From NCBI GenBank assembly GCA_017429505.1, contig JAFROW010000008.1:503-64502 (forward strand): DNA of 64,000 nt, written 5' to 3'. A model generated the notes under the pieces. It did not search any database. It saw nothing but the letters and a program-made list of their open reading frames with translations, and was not told where the DNA came from. Numbering within the stretch: position 1 is the stretch's first letter; each line of letters starts with the position of its first letter. The stretch is from Clostridia bacterium (GTDB taxonomy: Bacteria; Bacillota; Clostridia; TANB77; CAG-508). The position numbers were made by a program, and so were the translations under genes. Of this stretch, positions 19,142 to 29,609 are shown piece after piece.

Positions 19142-20254
19142 TTAACTTAAATCTACATTCTTATTATAAATATAATCTGAAACCATAAGTTTAATTAGCA
19201 CAGCTACAGGCACAGCCAAAAACATTCCAATCACCCCAAAATATGCTCCACCAATTGTAACAGAAAAAATAATAAGTAATGGACTAACATTTAATTTAGA
19301 ACCTGTAATTCTAGGATTTATAATATTTGCATCAAGTTGTTGAACAATTGTAACAATTATGACCATTATTAAAGCCTGTTGCCAACCACCTGTAAGTATT
19401 GTAATAATGCCTGCTATTCCAATTGCAACAATAGCCCCGAAATATGGTATCAAGTTAAATAGACCAATTATAAACCCAAGTAAAACAGCATATTTTACTT
19501 TCATTATTAGTAGTGTAATGGAAGCTAAAATTGAAACTACTATTGCATCTATAAATTGGCTAGTTAAAAATCCAAAAAATATTGTATTTCCGCTTGTAAA
19601 ATATCTATTAAATTTTGCATAATTTCTTTCAGACATTGAAGCTTTTGCAAATTTATTTATTGAGTCAACAATTTTTTCTCTTTCTGACAAAATATATACA
19701 GAACATATTATAGCTATAAAAAAGCTAAATATGGTTTTTACAACTCCAATAGCTGAAGATAAGTATTCTAACATTCTTTCAGGTGTAAGCATATATTTAA
19801 AGTCTAATCCCTGTATATACTCAACTAATGGCTTAATAATATTGTCTTTAATAAATGGCGCCCAACTTTCTCCAATTTCGTTTGTTGCAATCGAGTTATA
19901 GTAACTTTGTATATTATTTACTAAATCTACAACACTATTAATTACAACAGGTATAACGAATTTTAACACAAAAAACAAAAATGCAAAAACAATAGCATAT
20001 ACAATAAATATACTTAATCCTCTTGAATGTTTCATTTTTTTCTTTATTCTTTTTTCTATTTTTGAACATGGCTTGTACAATACATAAGAAATTATAATCG
20101 CAACAAGAAATGGAGCTAATATACCAATCAAATTAGCTATCCATTTTCCTATTCCTGTAAAATTATCAAAAAATTTATATATTATTATTAGTATTGTTCC
20201 AATAGATACCCAAAAAATCCATCTTTTTGTTCCCATTATTTTTTCTGTTTTCAA
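19142..20254 (-). CDS. AI-2E family transporter
   Basis: Multi-TM; NLIPYFG, QQLDANIINPRI, GMFLAVP. Confidence 0.92.
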   Translation of the reverse strand: MKTEKIMGTKRWIFWVSIGTILIIIYKFFDNFTGIGKWIANLIGILAPFLVAIIISYVLYKPCSKIEKRIKKKMKHSRGLSIFIVYAIVFAFLFFVLKFVIPVVINSVVDLVNNIQSYYNSIATNEIGESWAPFIKDNIIKPLVEYIQGLDFKYMLTPERMLEYLSSAIGVVKTIFSFFIAIICSVYILSEREKIVDSINKFAKASMSERNYAKFNRYFTSGNTIFFGFLTSQFIDAIVVSILASITLLIMKVKYAVLLGFIIGLFNLIPYFGAIVAIGIAGIITILTGGWQQALIMVIIVTIVQQLDANIINPRITGSKLNVSPLLIIFSVTIGGAYFGVIGMFLAVPVAVLIKLMVSDYIYNKNVDLS

Positions 20255-20267
20255 TTTAATTCCTCCA

Positions 20268-22052
20268 TTACATCTTCTCTGGCATTTGTATTCCTAAAAG
20301 TTTTGCTCCATCTTTTAGAACCTTTCCTGTTGCGAAAGTCAAATAAACTCTTGCATTTTGTAAATTTTCATCATCACAAATAATTTTATTTTCGTTATAA
20401 AAATTACTATAAGCTTTAGACAAATCTATTAGGTATCTTGCCAAAATTGAAGGCTCAGATTTTTCTATTACTTGATTTAATATTTCTTCAAAATTATATA
20501 TTAGTTTTATAATTTTTTGAGAATACTCATCTTGCAATAAATCTGTATCTACATCTTCAAATTTTGGCATACTTTTGGCTTTTTCAAGTACACTATTTGT
20601 TCTTACATAGGTGTATTGAATATATGGTCCTGTCTCTCCTTGGAAATTGAGCATTGCGTCTATATCAAATATTTCGTCTTTAATTCTACTTGTTGCTAAA
20701 TCGTTGAATATAATAGCTCCTATTCCAACTTTTTTAGCTATTTCTTCTTTATTTTCAAGATTTGGATTTTTTTCTTCTATTATTTTTTTAGCTTGGTTTA
20801 TAGCATCATTAAGCAAATCTTCTACTTTTACAAAATTTCCAAGTCTTGTTGACATTCTTCCTGTTGAAAGTCTAACAAATCCATAAGGCACGTGTTCTAA
20901 ACCATTTGTATATTTTTCGTCTAAGCCTAATAGTTTTGCAACTTCAAAAATTTGCTTAAAATGTAAGTTTTGTTCATAAGATGTTACATATAAAGCTTTA
21001 TCAAAATCATAAGTTCTTGATCTGTAAAGAATAGCAGCTAGATCCCTTGTTGCATATATGGTTGAACCATTAGTTTTGCAAATTATGCAAGGTGTATCTA
21101 TTCCTTTATCTGATAAATCTACAATCATCGCACCTTCTGATTCTTGAAGATTTCCTGTCTTTTGTAATATTTGGATTACCTCATCAGTTTTGTCTGCATA
21201 AAAAGCCTCTCCATTCCAAGAGTCAAATTTTGATCCAAGTAAATCATAAATTTTTTGAAATTCTTTAATACTTAAATCTTTAAATTCTTGCCATAATTTT
21301 GTACAATATTCATCGCCTTGTTCCAATAATTTAAAGTTTTCACGGCAATTATCTAGAACTTTTTCGTCTTCTTTACAAAGCTCATTTATTCTTTTATAAA
21401 TATCTGCTAATTTGTCTATAGGGTCTTCGCTTAAATCATATTCGCTCCCCCATAGTTTGTACCCCTCAATTAACTTTCCAAATTGAGTTCCATAATCTCC
21501 TAAATGGTTAACACCTGTAACATTGTATCCTAAATATTTGTATATATTGTATAACGCTCCACCTATTACAGTTGTTTTTAAATGCCCAATATGGAAAGGT
21601 TTTGCAATATTTGGTGAAGAATAATCTATAACTATATTTTTATTTTTTTGATTTATTGCCTTTCCATATTGTTCTTCATTTTCAATTTTTTCTAAAACTT
21701 CTTTTGTCATATATTGATTGTTTATATAAAAATTAAGATATCCTCCTGCTATATCAATCTTTGTGATTTTATCATTGCTGTCATTTTCATCATTATACAT
21801 AGGCATTTTTCCTTTACCTTGAGTCACTTTATCTGCAGATATTGTATCTTCAAAAGATATTTTTTCCTTTATTTCTGTCGCAATTTGTTGTGGTGATTTT
21901 TTCATTATTTTAGCAAGTTTAAAGCATGGGAACGCATAGTCCCCATTGCTTATATCTTTTGGTATCTCTATATACCCATATATTTCTTTTTGGTCTATAT
22001 TTGTAACTTTTGCAATTACATTTGCTATTATAGTTTTAAAATCTGTCATCAT
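20268..22052 (-). CDS. argS: Arginine--tRNA ligase
   Basis: DYSSPNIAKPFHIGH, GDYGTQFG, YATRDLA, MSTR, GETGPYIQY. Confidence 0.97.
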   Translation of the reverse strand: MMTDFKTIIANVIAKVTNIDQKEIYGYIEIPKDISNGDYAFPCFKLAKIMKKSPQQIATEIKEKISFEDTISADKVTQGKGKMPMYNDENDSNDKITKIDIAGGYLNFYINNQYMTKEVLEKIENEEQYGKAINQKNKNIVIDYSSPNIAKPFHIGHLKTTVIGGALYNIYKYLGYNVTGVNHLGDYGTQFGKLIEGYKLWGSEYDLSEDPIDKLADIYKRINELCKEDEKVLDNCRENFKLLEQGDEYCTKLWQEFKDLSIKEFQKIYDLLGSKFDSWNGEAFYADKTDEVIQILQKTGNLQESEGAMIVDLSDKGIDTPCIICKTNGSTIYATRDLAAILYRSRTYDFDKALYVTSYEQNLHFKQIFEVAKLLGLDEKYTNGLEHVPYGFVRLSTGRMSTRLGNFVKVEDLLNDAINQAKKIIEEKNPNLENKEEIAKKVGIGAIIFNDLATSRIKDEIFDIDAMLNFQGETGPYIQYTYVRTNSVLEKAKSMPKFEDVDTDLLQDEYSQKIIKLIYNFEEILNQVIEKSEPSILARYLIDLSKAYSNFYNENKIICDDENLQNARVYLTFATGKVLKDGAKLLGIQMPEKM

Positions 22053-22165
22053 CTTTTCTCCTTCTGTTTATTTTTTAGGTGGTTCTTTTTTACACTTTTA
22101 TGTAAAAATTATTGAATATATAAGTATTTTGAAGCATTTCTTTTTACAATTATATACGCTTAAAT

Positions 22166-25100
22166 TTAATTAGTTTTATCTTTGTCTTTTTCTTTATCTT
22201 TATCTTTTTCTTTATCTGTTGATGTATTGCCACCACTCGTTGTATTGTCTGCCTCCGGCTTGCTTGGTATTTCTGGCTTTTCAGCGTTGCTTGGGTTTGA
22301 TGGTTCCGATGGAGTTGTAGGTGTTGAAGGTTTCTCTGTTGGTTGAGATTCTTTGTCTTTAACTATAATTGTTCTAGTTTTTGTCGTTTCTTTACCTGCA
22401 GAATTTTTTACTGTGTATTTAATTGTATAAGTTCCTGCTTTCGATGTATTTACACTTCCTGAAGTTTTTATATCATTTGTCAAATCTCCATCTTTGTCAT
22501 CTTTTGCAGTAGCATATTGTTCTGTATATGTATCTCCCACATTAAGTGTAATTGTTGATTCCCCATTTAAGCTAATTTTTGGTGCTTTTGCATTTTCTTT
22601 TTCTGTTTCTTCATTATGTTCTGTACATACATCTCCAGGAGCTTTGCTTAAGTTCATAGGTGTTTTCCATAATTTTAATCTTTCTTTAGGTAATACATAA
22701 GAAAAATATCTTATTTTTTTGTTTGGACAAAATTCATTTGCAAGTTTTCCGCTATCTTCACATATTTCTACAGCATTTCCAGATTCATCACAATAATCTG
22801 GAATATTATCTTCTGAAAATAATTCTGAATATGTTGAACCACATTTTTTAGAAGCTCTTAATCCTGTTTCTTTACATACTTTTATCCATACTACTCCATC
22901 AGGTTTTGAAAATCTAGAAGATTTTTTACCTTTGTGCAAATTTCTCATAGTTGCAGCCCAAATGTCTCCAGATGGATTGCTTCTGTTATAATAAACTGTT
23001 TCAGGGTCATCAAATCCGTACCATGTAGCTCCTGTATAATAATTTGTAAATCCACATAGCCATCTATCATAATCATCATTTGTTGTACCAGTTTTAACTG
23101 CGACATCCATTCCAGAAATTGAACAATATGGTGCAGTTCCACCACTAGCTACAACTGATGTTAATAAATCTTTTAAAATATATGCGTTTTGTTTTGAACA
23201 AACTTCTCTTGTTTCTTGTTTTGGCTCTAATACTGTATTTCCTTTATCATCTTCTATTTTTGTGTATAATAAAGGTGTTCTATATACTCCATCATTTGCA
23301 ATTGTTGCATAAGCACCTGCCATTTCTAATGGACTAATTCCTCTATATAAACCTCCAATTGCCAAAGCTAATCCTACATCTCTTTCATCATTCAAAGAAG
23401 TAACTCCCATTTTTTTAAGATATTCTCTTGAAACTTCGTTTGTTAGCTCTGCCATTATTTTAACAAATGGAACGTTATGTGATTTTGCAATTGCTGTTCT
23501 TATACTGATGTTTCCTAAATATGAACCATGATCATTTTTTGGTTCAAATTTGCCATTATCAAATTTTGTTTTTTCATCTAAATATCTTGTTGAAGCAGTT
23601 AAAATTCCTTCTTGCAATGCAGGTAAAACATCTGCTATAGGCTTAATTGATGAACCTGTTTGTCTTGGACTTTGTGTTGCTCTATTTAATCCTCTTGAAG
23701 TTGTCTTTTCTCCAAGCCCTCCAACAACACCTACAACATAGCCTGTTTCATTGTCTATTATAACCATTGCAGCTTGACTTTTAACATATTTACCATCTTC
23801 ATCTTTTTTCTTTCTAGAACTTCTTTGATATGTACTTGCATTATCTACCATAGTCTTTTCAATTGTTTTTTGAACATCTGTATTCTGTGTTGAATAAATC
23901 TTTAATCCTCCACCATAAACATATGTTGTTGCATATTCTTCAGACCAGCCTTTTTCTTTTACAAAGTCTGATATAACTTGTGCAATTGTTGCATCTGTAT
24001 GGTATGAATAAATCGAACCTTTTGATGTTCCTTTTTTAAACTTTAGACCTTCATCAACTTTTTTTACAGCTTCATCATGTTTTTCTTGGTCTATATAGCC
24101 TAAATCTAGCATCTTTTTAAGAACTGTTTTAGTTCTTTTATTTATTGCATTTGTTTTTGTTTCATCTTTTCCATATTTTCCTCCATATTTAGCTGTTTTT
24201 TCATATGGATTATAGTTATTAGGTTCATTATTTATTCCTGCTAAAAAGGCACATTCTTCAAGACTTAATTTTTTTGCAGTTTTATTAAAATAGAATTCTG
24301 CTCCTACTTCCACTCCACAATTCTTTTCTCCAACAAATATTACATTTAAATATGTTTCTAGAATTTGGTCTTTTGAAAGCATTTTTTCAATTTGGAAAGC
24401 TTTTGCCCATTCCTTAATTTTTCTTGTAATACCTTCTTTTCCAGTTTTGGCTTTTTCGTTTGTAATATTTTTTACTAATTGTTGGGTAATTGTACTTCCA
24501 CCATAAGAAGATGACCCTCTGTGTAATACATAAGTTGCAATTGCTGCTCCTGTTCTTTTGTAATCTACTCCGTCATGTTCATAAAACCTTTCGTCTTCTA
24601 TTGCAACATAAGCCTTTGGCAAATATTCTGACATTTCTTCTAATTTAATTATTTTTCTATTTTCATCACCTTTAAGTTCAGCAAGAACTTTTCCTTCGCT
24701 ATCGTAAAGAATTGAATTTCCTGAGACTTTTAACTCTTCTTCTGAAATTTCAAAATCTTGTCCCCACATTCCATATAGCATTCCAACAACAATTCCTGCA
24801 GCAATTACAACAAATGCTAATATTGCTAAAAATCCTATTTTTATTGTTAAAGAAAGCTTTGGATGCTTGCTAGAAAATTTAGATTTTTTCTTTTTTTCTT
24901 TTTTTGTTTTTGGAACTTTATTAAATTTAGAATTATTTTTAGTGTTTGATTTTCCATTTTTCTTTGTGTTTTGCTCATGGTTTTGGTCACCATATATTTT
25001 TGTGTTAAATTCGTAGCCTGAATTGTTATATATTTGAGTATTAAACTTATTGCTATTTTGAGTATTCTTAGGCTTTACTGCTACTTTATTTTTTTGTTTA

Positions 25101-25168
25101 GTAGTTTGTTTTTTTGTTGCCTTTTTAGATTTATTGTTTTTTTTCATATTTACTATAATTCCTTTCAT
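22166..25168 (-). CDS. Class A penicillin-binding protein (PBP1A) with Cys-rich segment and C-terminal Ig-like (DUF5011-type) domain
   Basis: EDERFYEH and GGSTITQQLVKN (transglycosylase); SSIK, SHN, KTG (transpeptidase); ATAKDDKDGDLT..GTYTIKY. Confidence 0.95.
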   Translation of the reverse strand: MKGIIVNMKKNNKSKKATKKQTTKQKNKVAVKPKNTQNSNKFNTQIYNNSGYEFNTKIYGDQNHEQNTKKNGKSNTKNNSKFNKVPKTKKEKKKKSKFSSKHPKLSLTIKIGFLAILAFVVIAAGIVVGMLYGMWGQDFEISEEELKVSGNSILYDSEGKVLAELKGDENRKIIKLEEMSEYLPKAYVAIEDERFYEHDGVDYKRTGAAIATYVLHRGSSSYGGSTITQQLVKNITNEKAKTGKEGITRKIKEWAKAFQIEKMLSKDQILETYLNVIFVGEKNCGVEVGAEFYFNKTAKKLSLEECAFLAGINNEPNNYNPYEKTAKYGGKYGKDETKTNAINKRTKTVLKKMLDLGYIDQEKHDEAVKKVDEGLKFKKGTSKGSIYSYHTDATIAQVISDFVKEKGWSEEYATTYVYGGGLKIYSTQNTDVQKTIEKTMVDNASTYQRSSRKKKDEDGKYVKSQAAMVIIDNETGYVVGVVGGLGEKTTSRGLNRATQSPRQTGSSIKPIADVLPALQEGILTASTRYLDEKTKFDNGKFEPKNDHGSYLGNISIRTAIAKSHNVPFVKIMAELTNEVSREYLKKMGVTSLNDERDVGLALAIGGLYRGISPLEMAGAYATIANDGVYRTPLLYTKIEDDKGNTVLEPKQETREVCSKQNAYILKDLLTSVVASGGTAPYCSISGMDVAVKTGTTNDDYDRWLCGFTNYYTGATWYGFDDPETVYYNRSNPSGDIWAATMRNLHKGKKSSRFSKPDGVVWIKVCKETGLRASKKCGSTYSELFSEDNIPDYCDESGNAVEICEDSGKLANEFCPNKKIRYFSYVLPKERLKLWKTPMNLSKAPGDVCTEHNEETEKENAKAPKISLNGESTITLNVGDTYTEQYATAKDDKDGDLTNDIKTSGSVNTSKAGTYTIKYTVKNSAGKETTKTRTIIVKDKESQPTEKPSTPTTPSEPSNPSNAEKPEIPSKPEADNTTSGGNTSTDKEKDKDKEKDKDKTN

Positions 25169-25334
25169 TTATGACGAAATAATTTGATAAAAATTAACAT
25201 TGTTCATCAAACCATTCCTTTTGGGTGAAATTTTTATTAATTATCTAACATTATTAAAAATCTTTTTTCACACACATATTATATTACAAAAAATTAAAAA
25301 AAGCAATACAAAAATTGAAGTTACAAAAAGCTTG

Positions 25335-27272
25335 TTAGAATAAGCAATATATCACAACTGCCAATCCCCATGCAAGAATAGTTTGAAATAATATTGCTAT
25401 AAACATTTTTCTAAAACTTCCAAGTTCTTTTTTCATAGCAGAAATTGCAGAAATACATGGTGCACTAAAAAGATTAAATATAACAAATGAAATTGCAGAA
25501 GCAATATTAAAAAAACCAAAAGCTTGGCTTTCAAATATTTCTTTATTTTCAAGCCCTGAAATTATAGCCATTGATGAAATAACTTGTTCTTTCGCGATTA
25601 ATCCTTGCATTGCAGAAATAGTTGCTTGCCAACTATTTACTCCAAGCATTGGATAAAAAACCCACGATATTTTTTTCCCTATACTTGCTAAAATACTATT
25701 TTCAAGATTTACTCCATATTCTAATTTTGTTGAAAATGATAGTAAAAACCAAATTACTATTGATGACAAAAAAATTGTTGTTCCTGCTCTTTTAATAAAA
25801 TCTATTGTTTTCTCAAAAACATCTCTCGCAACATATTTTATGCTTGGCAATTTGTAGTCTGGGAGTTCTAAAACAAATCCCTCATTTGTATTCTGTAAGC
25901 TATATCTTTTAAAAATTAGACTACTTAGGATTATTATAAAAATCGCAAAAAAATATATTAAGCTACTTATAATTCCTGCTTTTTCTTTAAAGAAATAACT
26001 AGAAAAAAGTACAATAATCGGAAGTTTTGCACTACATGGTATAAATGGAACCAATATAGATACTTTTTTTCTTTCTTCATTATTTTCCAAAATTTTAGTT
26101 GACATTATTCCAGGAACACTACATCCAGAACCTATTATAAAAGGAATTATTGCTTTACCACTAAGTCCAATTTTTCTAAAAATATTATCTAGCAAAAACG
26201 CAATTCTTGCCATATAACCTGTTGTCTCCAAAATTGCGATACAAATAAAAAGCATTATAAGTTGTGGAATAAATGTTAATACAGTCGTAATTCCCTTAAT
26301 TGCACCATTTATAATCAGACTTTGTAACCACTGGCTTATTTGAAAATTTATAAGTATTTTTTCAATACCGCTAGAAATAACTTGCACTATATTATTACTT
26401 AAATTAATTGTATATTTTCCAACCACTCCAACAGATAAAAAATAGACTAAAAACATAATAATTACAAAAATTGGAAATGAAAAAATTTTATTTAAAAATA
26501 TTTTATCTAACATTTCTGTTATATTAATCCATTTTTTCTTTTTGTATAAGCACTTTGCGGTTATCTTCTCTATAAATTTATATCTTTGAGTTATGCTCTC
26601 TTCATATAATTTGTACTCTTGATTTTTGTTTTTTTTATAAAATTTGTATTTTTGAGTTTTATTTTCTTCATATAAATGTTTAGTGTCATTATTATTCTTA
26701 AAAATACAAATCTCACAATTATTACAATTTAACTTATGATAAGTTTGCTTTTGATTTGCCATTTTTCTTATGCAATTTATTAGCTCTTTTATTCCTATTT
26801 GCTTTAAAGCAGAAATTCCACATACTTCAGTATTTAGGTCATTTTTCAATTGATTAATATCAATCTTAATTCCCTTTTTTTCTAAAACATCTACCATATT
26901 TAATGCTATAATAGTCTTTGTATCTAGTTCTAGAAGTTGTGTTGTAAGATATAAGCTTCTTTCTAAACATGTTGCATCTATTATATTTATAATTATTTCA
27001 GGTCTTTGAGTTAAAATAAAATCTCTTGAAATCTTTTCTTCTTCTGTATATGGATTTAATGAATAAATACCAGGCAAATCTACTAATTCAAAATTTGTTT
27101 CTTTTATTATACCTACTTTTTTCTCAATAGTCACTCCTGGCCAATTTCCTATTTTTTGATTCATTCCTGTTAAAGCGTTAAATAACGTGGTTTTTCCACA
27201 ATTTTGATTTCCTACTAAACAAATATTCATCTTAAATTCTATTCCTTTCTCGCTTTGTTCGAAGTCACACAT
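25335..27272 (-). CDS. feoB: Ferrous iron transporter B
   Basis: GNQNCGKT, GNWPGVT, DLPG, NMVD; gate motifs GCSVP and PCSAKLP. The start may be the downstream M-N-I-C. Confidence 0.95.
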   Translation of the reverse strand: MCDFEQSEKGIEFKMNICLVGNQNCGKTTLFNALTGMNQKIGNWPGVTIEKKVGIIKETNFELVDLPGIYSLNPYTEEEKISRDFILTQRPEIIINIIDATCLERSLYLTTQLLELDTKTIIALNMVDVLEKKGIKIDINQLKNDLNTEVCGISALKQIGIKELINCIRKMANQKQTYHKLNCNNCEICIFKNNNDTKHLYEENKTQKYKFYKKNKNQEYKLYEESITQRYKFIEKITAKCLYKKKKWINITEMLDKIFLNKIFSFPIFVIIMFLVYFLSVGVVGKYTINLSNNIVQVISSGIEKILINFQISQWLQSLIINGAIKGITTVLTFIPQLIMLFICIAILETTGYMARIAFLLDNIFRKIGLSGKAIIPFIIGSGCSVPGIMSTKILENNEERKKVSILVPFIPCSAKLPIIVLFSSYFFKEKAGIISSLIYFFAIFIIILSSLIFKRYSLQNTNEGFVLELPDYKLPSIKYVARDVFEKTIDFIKRAGTTIFLSSIVIWFLLSFSTKLEYGVNLENSILASIGKKISWVFYPMLGVNSWQATISAMQGLIAKEQVISSMAIISGLENKEIFESQAFGFFNIASAISFVIFNLFSAPCISAISAMKKELGSFRKMFIAILFQTILAWGLAVVIYCLF

Positions 27273-27295
27273 AGTTATAAAAAGTAAGTAAATTT

Positions 27296-27535
27296 CTATC
27301 TCATTCCCAAATATACTCGTATTTTTGAAGCATCTTTTTTACTAATACATAGTTCATATCCTCTAAGTTCAATACTTATAGGTTCTCCTGTTGGTGCAAT
27401 TTTTTTTATTTTTATTTTTGTTCCTAAAGTAAGTCCCATCTCTAGTAAGCGGATTTTTCTTTTTGGATTGTCTATATTTATTTCTTGGATTACCCCACTT
27501 TGTCCTTTTTTCATATTTGATAAAAAATTTTGCAT
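27296..27535 (-). CDS. feoA: Ferrous iron transport protein A
   Basis: RLLEMGLTLG, APTGEPISIELRGY. Confidence 0.93.
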   Translation of the reverse strand: MQNFLSNMKKGQSGVIQEINIDNPKRKIRLLEMGLTLGTKIKIKKIAPTGEPISIELRGYELCISKKDASKIRVYLGMR

Positions 27536-27859
27536 TTTTAATAATATCCCTTTCCTCTAAGACATAAAATAGTATCAAAAACAATTTTTATAACTAATTT
27601 TAAATTATAAATCTATACATTCTTTTTTTACAATATTTGATTAATCTTTATTCTAAATAATATATAATAGAACTAAAAAATTTGAAACAGTTATTATAAT
27701 TTTGATAAGTAAATAATATATTATCTAAAGAAAATTTGTAAAGCCTTTTTTTGACCAAACAAAGTGTATGAGACATACTATAATAATGTTTCTAATAATC
27801 TTAAAATTTTGAAATAAGCCATTTTTGTTAAGAAAGCTTTTTCTTTTAATTTAAAATAT

Positions 27860-27970
27860 CGTCAAAACGCGTTAGAATCAATCCTCAGCTTGCTATCAAA
27901 AAAGGGGGTGCGTAGAAATTTTTTTACAAAACTTGATATATTTTTGTGACATAGTGTAAATTTCTACACA
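27860..27970. repeat. Second copy of the AAATTTCTACGCACCCC dispersed repeat, inverted relative to the 3490 copy
   Basis: GGGGTGCGTAGAAATTT at 27905-27921 with similar flanks. Confidence 0.65.
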
Positions 27971-28150
27971 TATGTTTTTATTTAATAAAAAACTCTATAA
28001 AACTTCTAAAGTAGCTACGCAACACAAAGCATAAATATAAAAATCATATTTTCAATGGAAAGTGTTATTTTTCAATTATATAAAAAAACGTCTCTTAAAA
28101 CCTTTATCGTTTCAAGAAACATTTTTTATGTAATTTTCTTTCATTTATCT

Positions 28151-28238
28151 CCAAAATAAAACTTCTCAAAATGAGCCTCCACAAAAATGAACCTTCCAAA
28201 AATGGAACTTCCAAAAAGCTGATCACTCAAAATGTGGC
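28151..28238. repeat. Degenerate ~15-bp tandem repeat (about 6 units) just after the tyrS stop
   Basis: CAAAATAAAACTTCT/CAAAATGAGCCTCCA/CAAAAATGAACCTTC/CAAAAATGGAACTTC/CAAAAAGCTGATCACT/CAAAATGTGGC. Confidence 0.7.
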
Positions 28239-29402
28239 TTATGCTTTTACAACTTTTTTAAATTTATTTTTTCCAAATTGAATTACAGGTTTTCCTACAA
28301 CCTCTACCATTGTTGTAATATCTGTTACAGGCTCTCCATTAACTTTTACACCATTTCCTGTAATCATTCTTTTTGCTTCTCCACGTGATGTTGCAAATCC
28401 TGCTGCAACTAATAAGTCACAAATATTTACTGAATCTTCTAAAACTTCCATTTCTTCTACTTCTGTTGGAATTCCACCTTTTGCAATATTTAAGTATTTT
28501 TCTTTAAGAGAATCAAATTCATTTACATCATCATACATTGCAAGTAATTCTTTTGCAAATCTAAAGTGTGCTTCTCTTATATCTCCACTCATTATTTCAT
28601 TGATTTCTTCAATTGGCAAATCTGTAGCAAGTTCAAAATATTGTCTTAATACATCATCTGGAATTTTCATTGATTTTTCTAATTTTGTAAATGGATCTTC
28701 TGAAATTCCTATGTAGTTATCTAAAGATTTACTCATTTTTTCTTTTCCATCTAAACCTACAAGTAGTGGAAATGTCATTACAACTTGCCTATCTTGGTCA
28801 TAATCTTTTTGTAATTCTCTTCCTACTAAAAGATTAAATGTTTGGTCTGTTCCACCAATTTCAATATCTGCATGCAATGCAACTGAATCATATCCTTGCA
28901 TTAATGGGTATAATAATTCATGCATAGAAAGTGGAAGATTGTTTTCAAATCTATTTTTGAAATCATCTCTTTCCATAATTCTTGCAACTGTGTATTTTCC
29001 AGCAAGTTTTATAACATCTTCAAATGTCATCTTTGAAAGCCACTCTGAATTATATACTATTTTTGTTTTATTTTTATCTAATATTTTTGAAGCTTGTTCT
29101 ACATAAGTTTCAGCTGACTTTCTAGTTTGCTCAAATGTAAGAGCAGGTCTTGTTTTACTCTTTCCTGATGGGTCTCCTATCATTCCAGTAAAATCTCCCA
29201 CTAGAAATACAACATCATGTCCCATATCTTGAAATTGTTTTAAAACTCTTAAAACTACACTATGTCCAATATGTAAATCAGGTCTTGATGGGTCTGCTCC
29301 AAATTTTATAACTAATTTTTTTCCACTTTTTATCTTTTTTTCTAAATCTTCTTCATTAAAGATTTGTACTGCTTTTCTTTTTATAATATTTAAATTATCC
29401 AT
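28239..29402 (-). CDS. tyrS: Tyrosine--tRNA ligase
   Basis: GADPSRPDLHIGH, YPLMQGYD, GGTDQTFN, KMSKS, C-terminal S4 domain. Confidence 0.97.
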   Translation of the reverse strand: MDNLNIIKRKAVQIFNEEDLEKKIKSGKKLVIKFGADPSRPDLHIGHSVVLRVLKQFQDMGHDVVFLVGDFTGMIGDPSGKSKTRPALTFEQTRKSAETYVEQASKILDKNKTKIVYNSEWLSKMTFEDVIKLAGKYTVARIMERDDFKNRFENNLPLSMHELLYPLMQGYDSVALHADIEIGGTDQTFNLLVGRELQKDYDQDRQVVMTFPLLVGLDGKEKMSKSLDNYIGISEDPFTKLEKSMKIPDDVLRQYFELATDLPIEEINEIMSGDIREAHFRFAKELLAMYDDVNEFDSLKEKYLNIAKGGIPTEVEEMEVLEDSVNICDLLVAAGFATSRGEAKRMITGNGVKVNGEPVTDITTMVEVVGKPVIQFGKNKFKKVVKA

Positions 29403-29609
29403 TTATATCTCTCCTATCTGTTCAACCTATGAACTACATTCTACCACTATTTATCTTAAAAATCAACACTTTTTACAAATAAATATTTAATAGTTGTTAT
29501 AGTCAATTAGAATAACCAATTATCAGAAATATTGATTTATAAATATTTTTCTCACATATAGTTAATATTTAAACAATTTTCTATATAATATTGATAGCTC
29601 ACAATGATT

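Noticed and set aside
22600-22890. Cys-rich repeats in the PBP1A C-terminus as a novelty
   Set aside because: Similar Cys-rich extensions are familiar in clostridial class A PBPs.
27680-27800. Fur box upstream of feoA (e.g. TAATAATGTTTCTAATAAT)
   Set aside because: Plausible by context, but too degenerate in AT-rich DNA to support.
28151-28238. CRISPR array
   Set aside because: Units are about 15 bp, degenerate and lack spacers; no cas genes. No CRISPR array was seen anywhere in the window.
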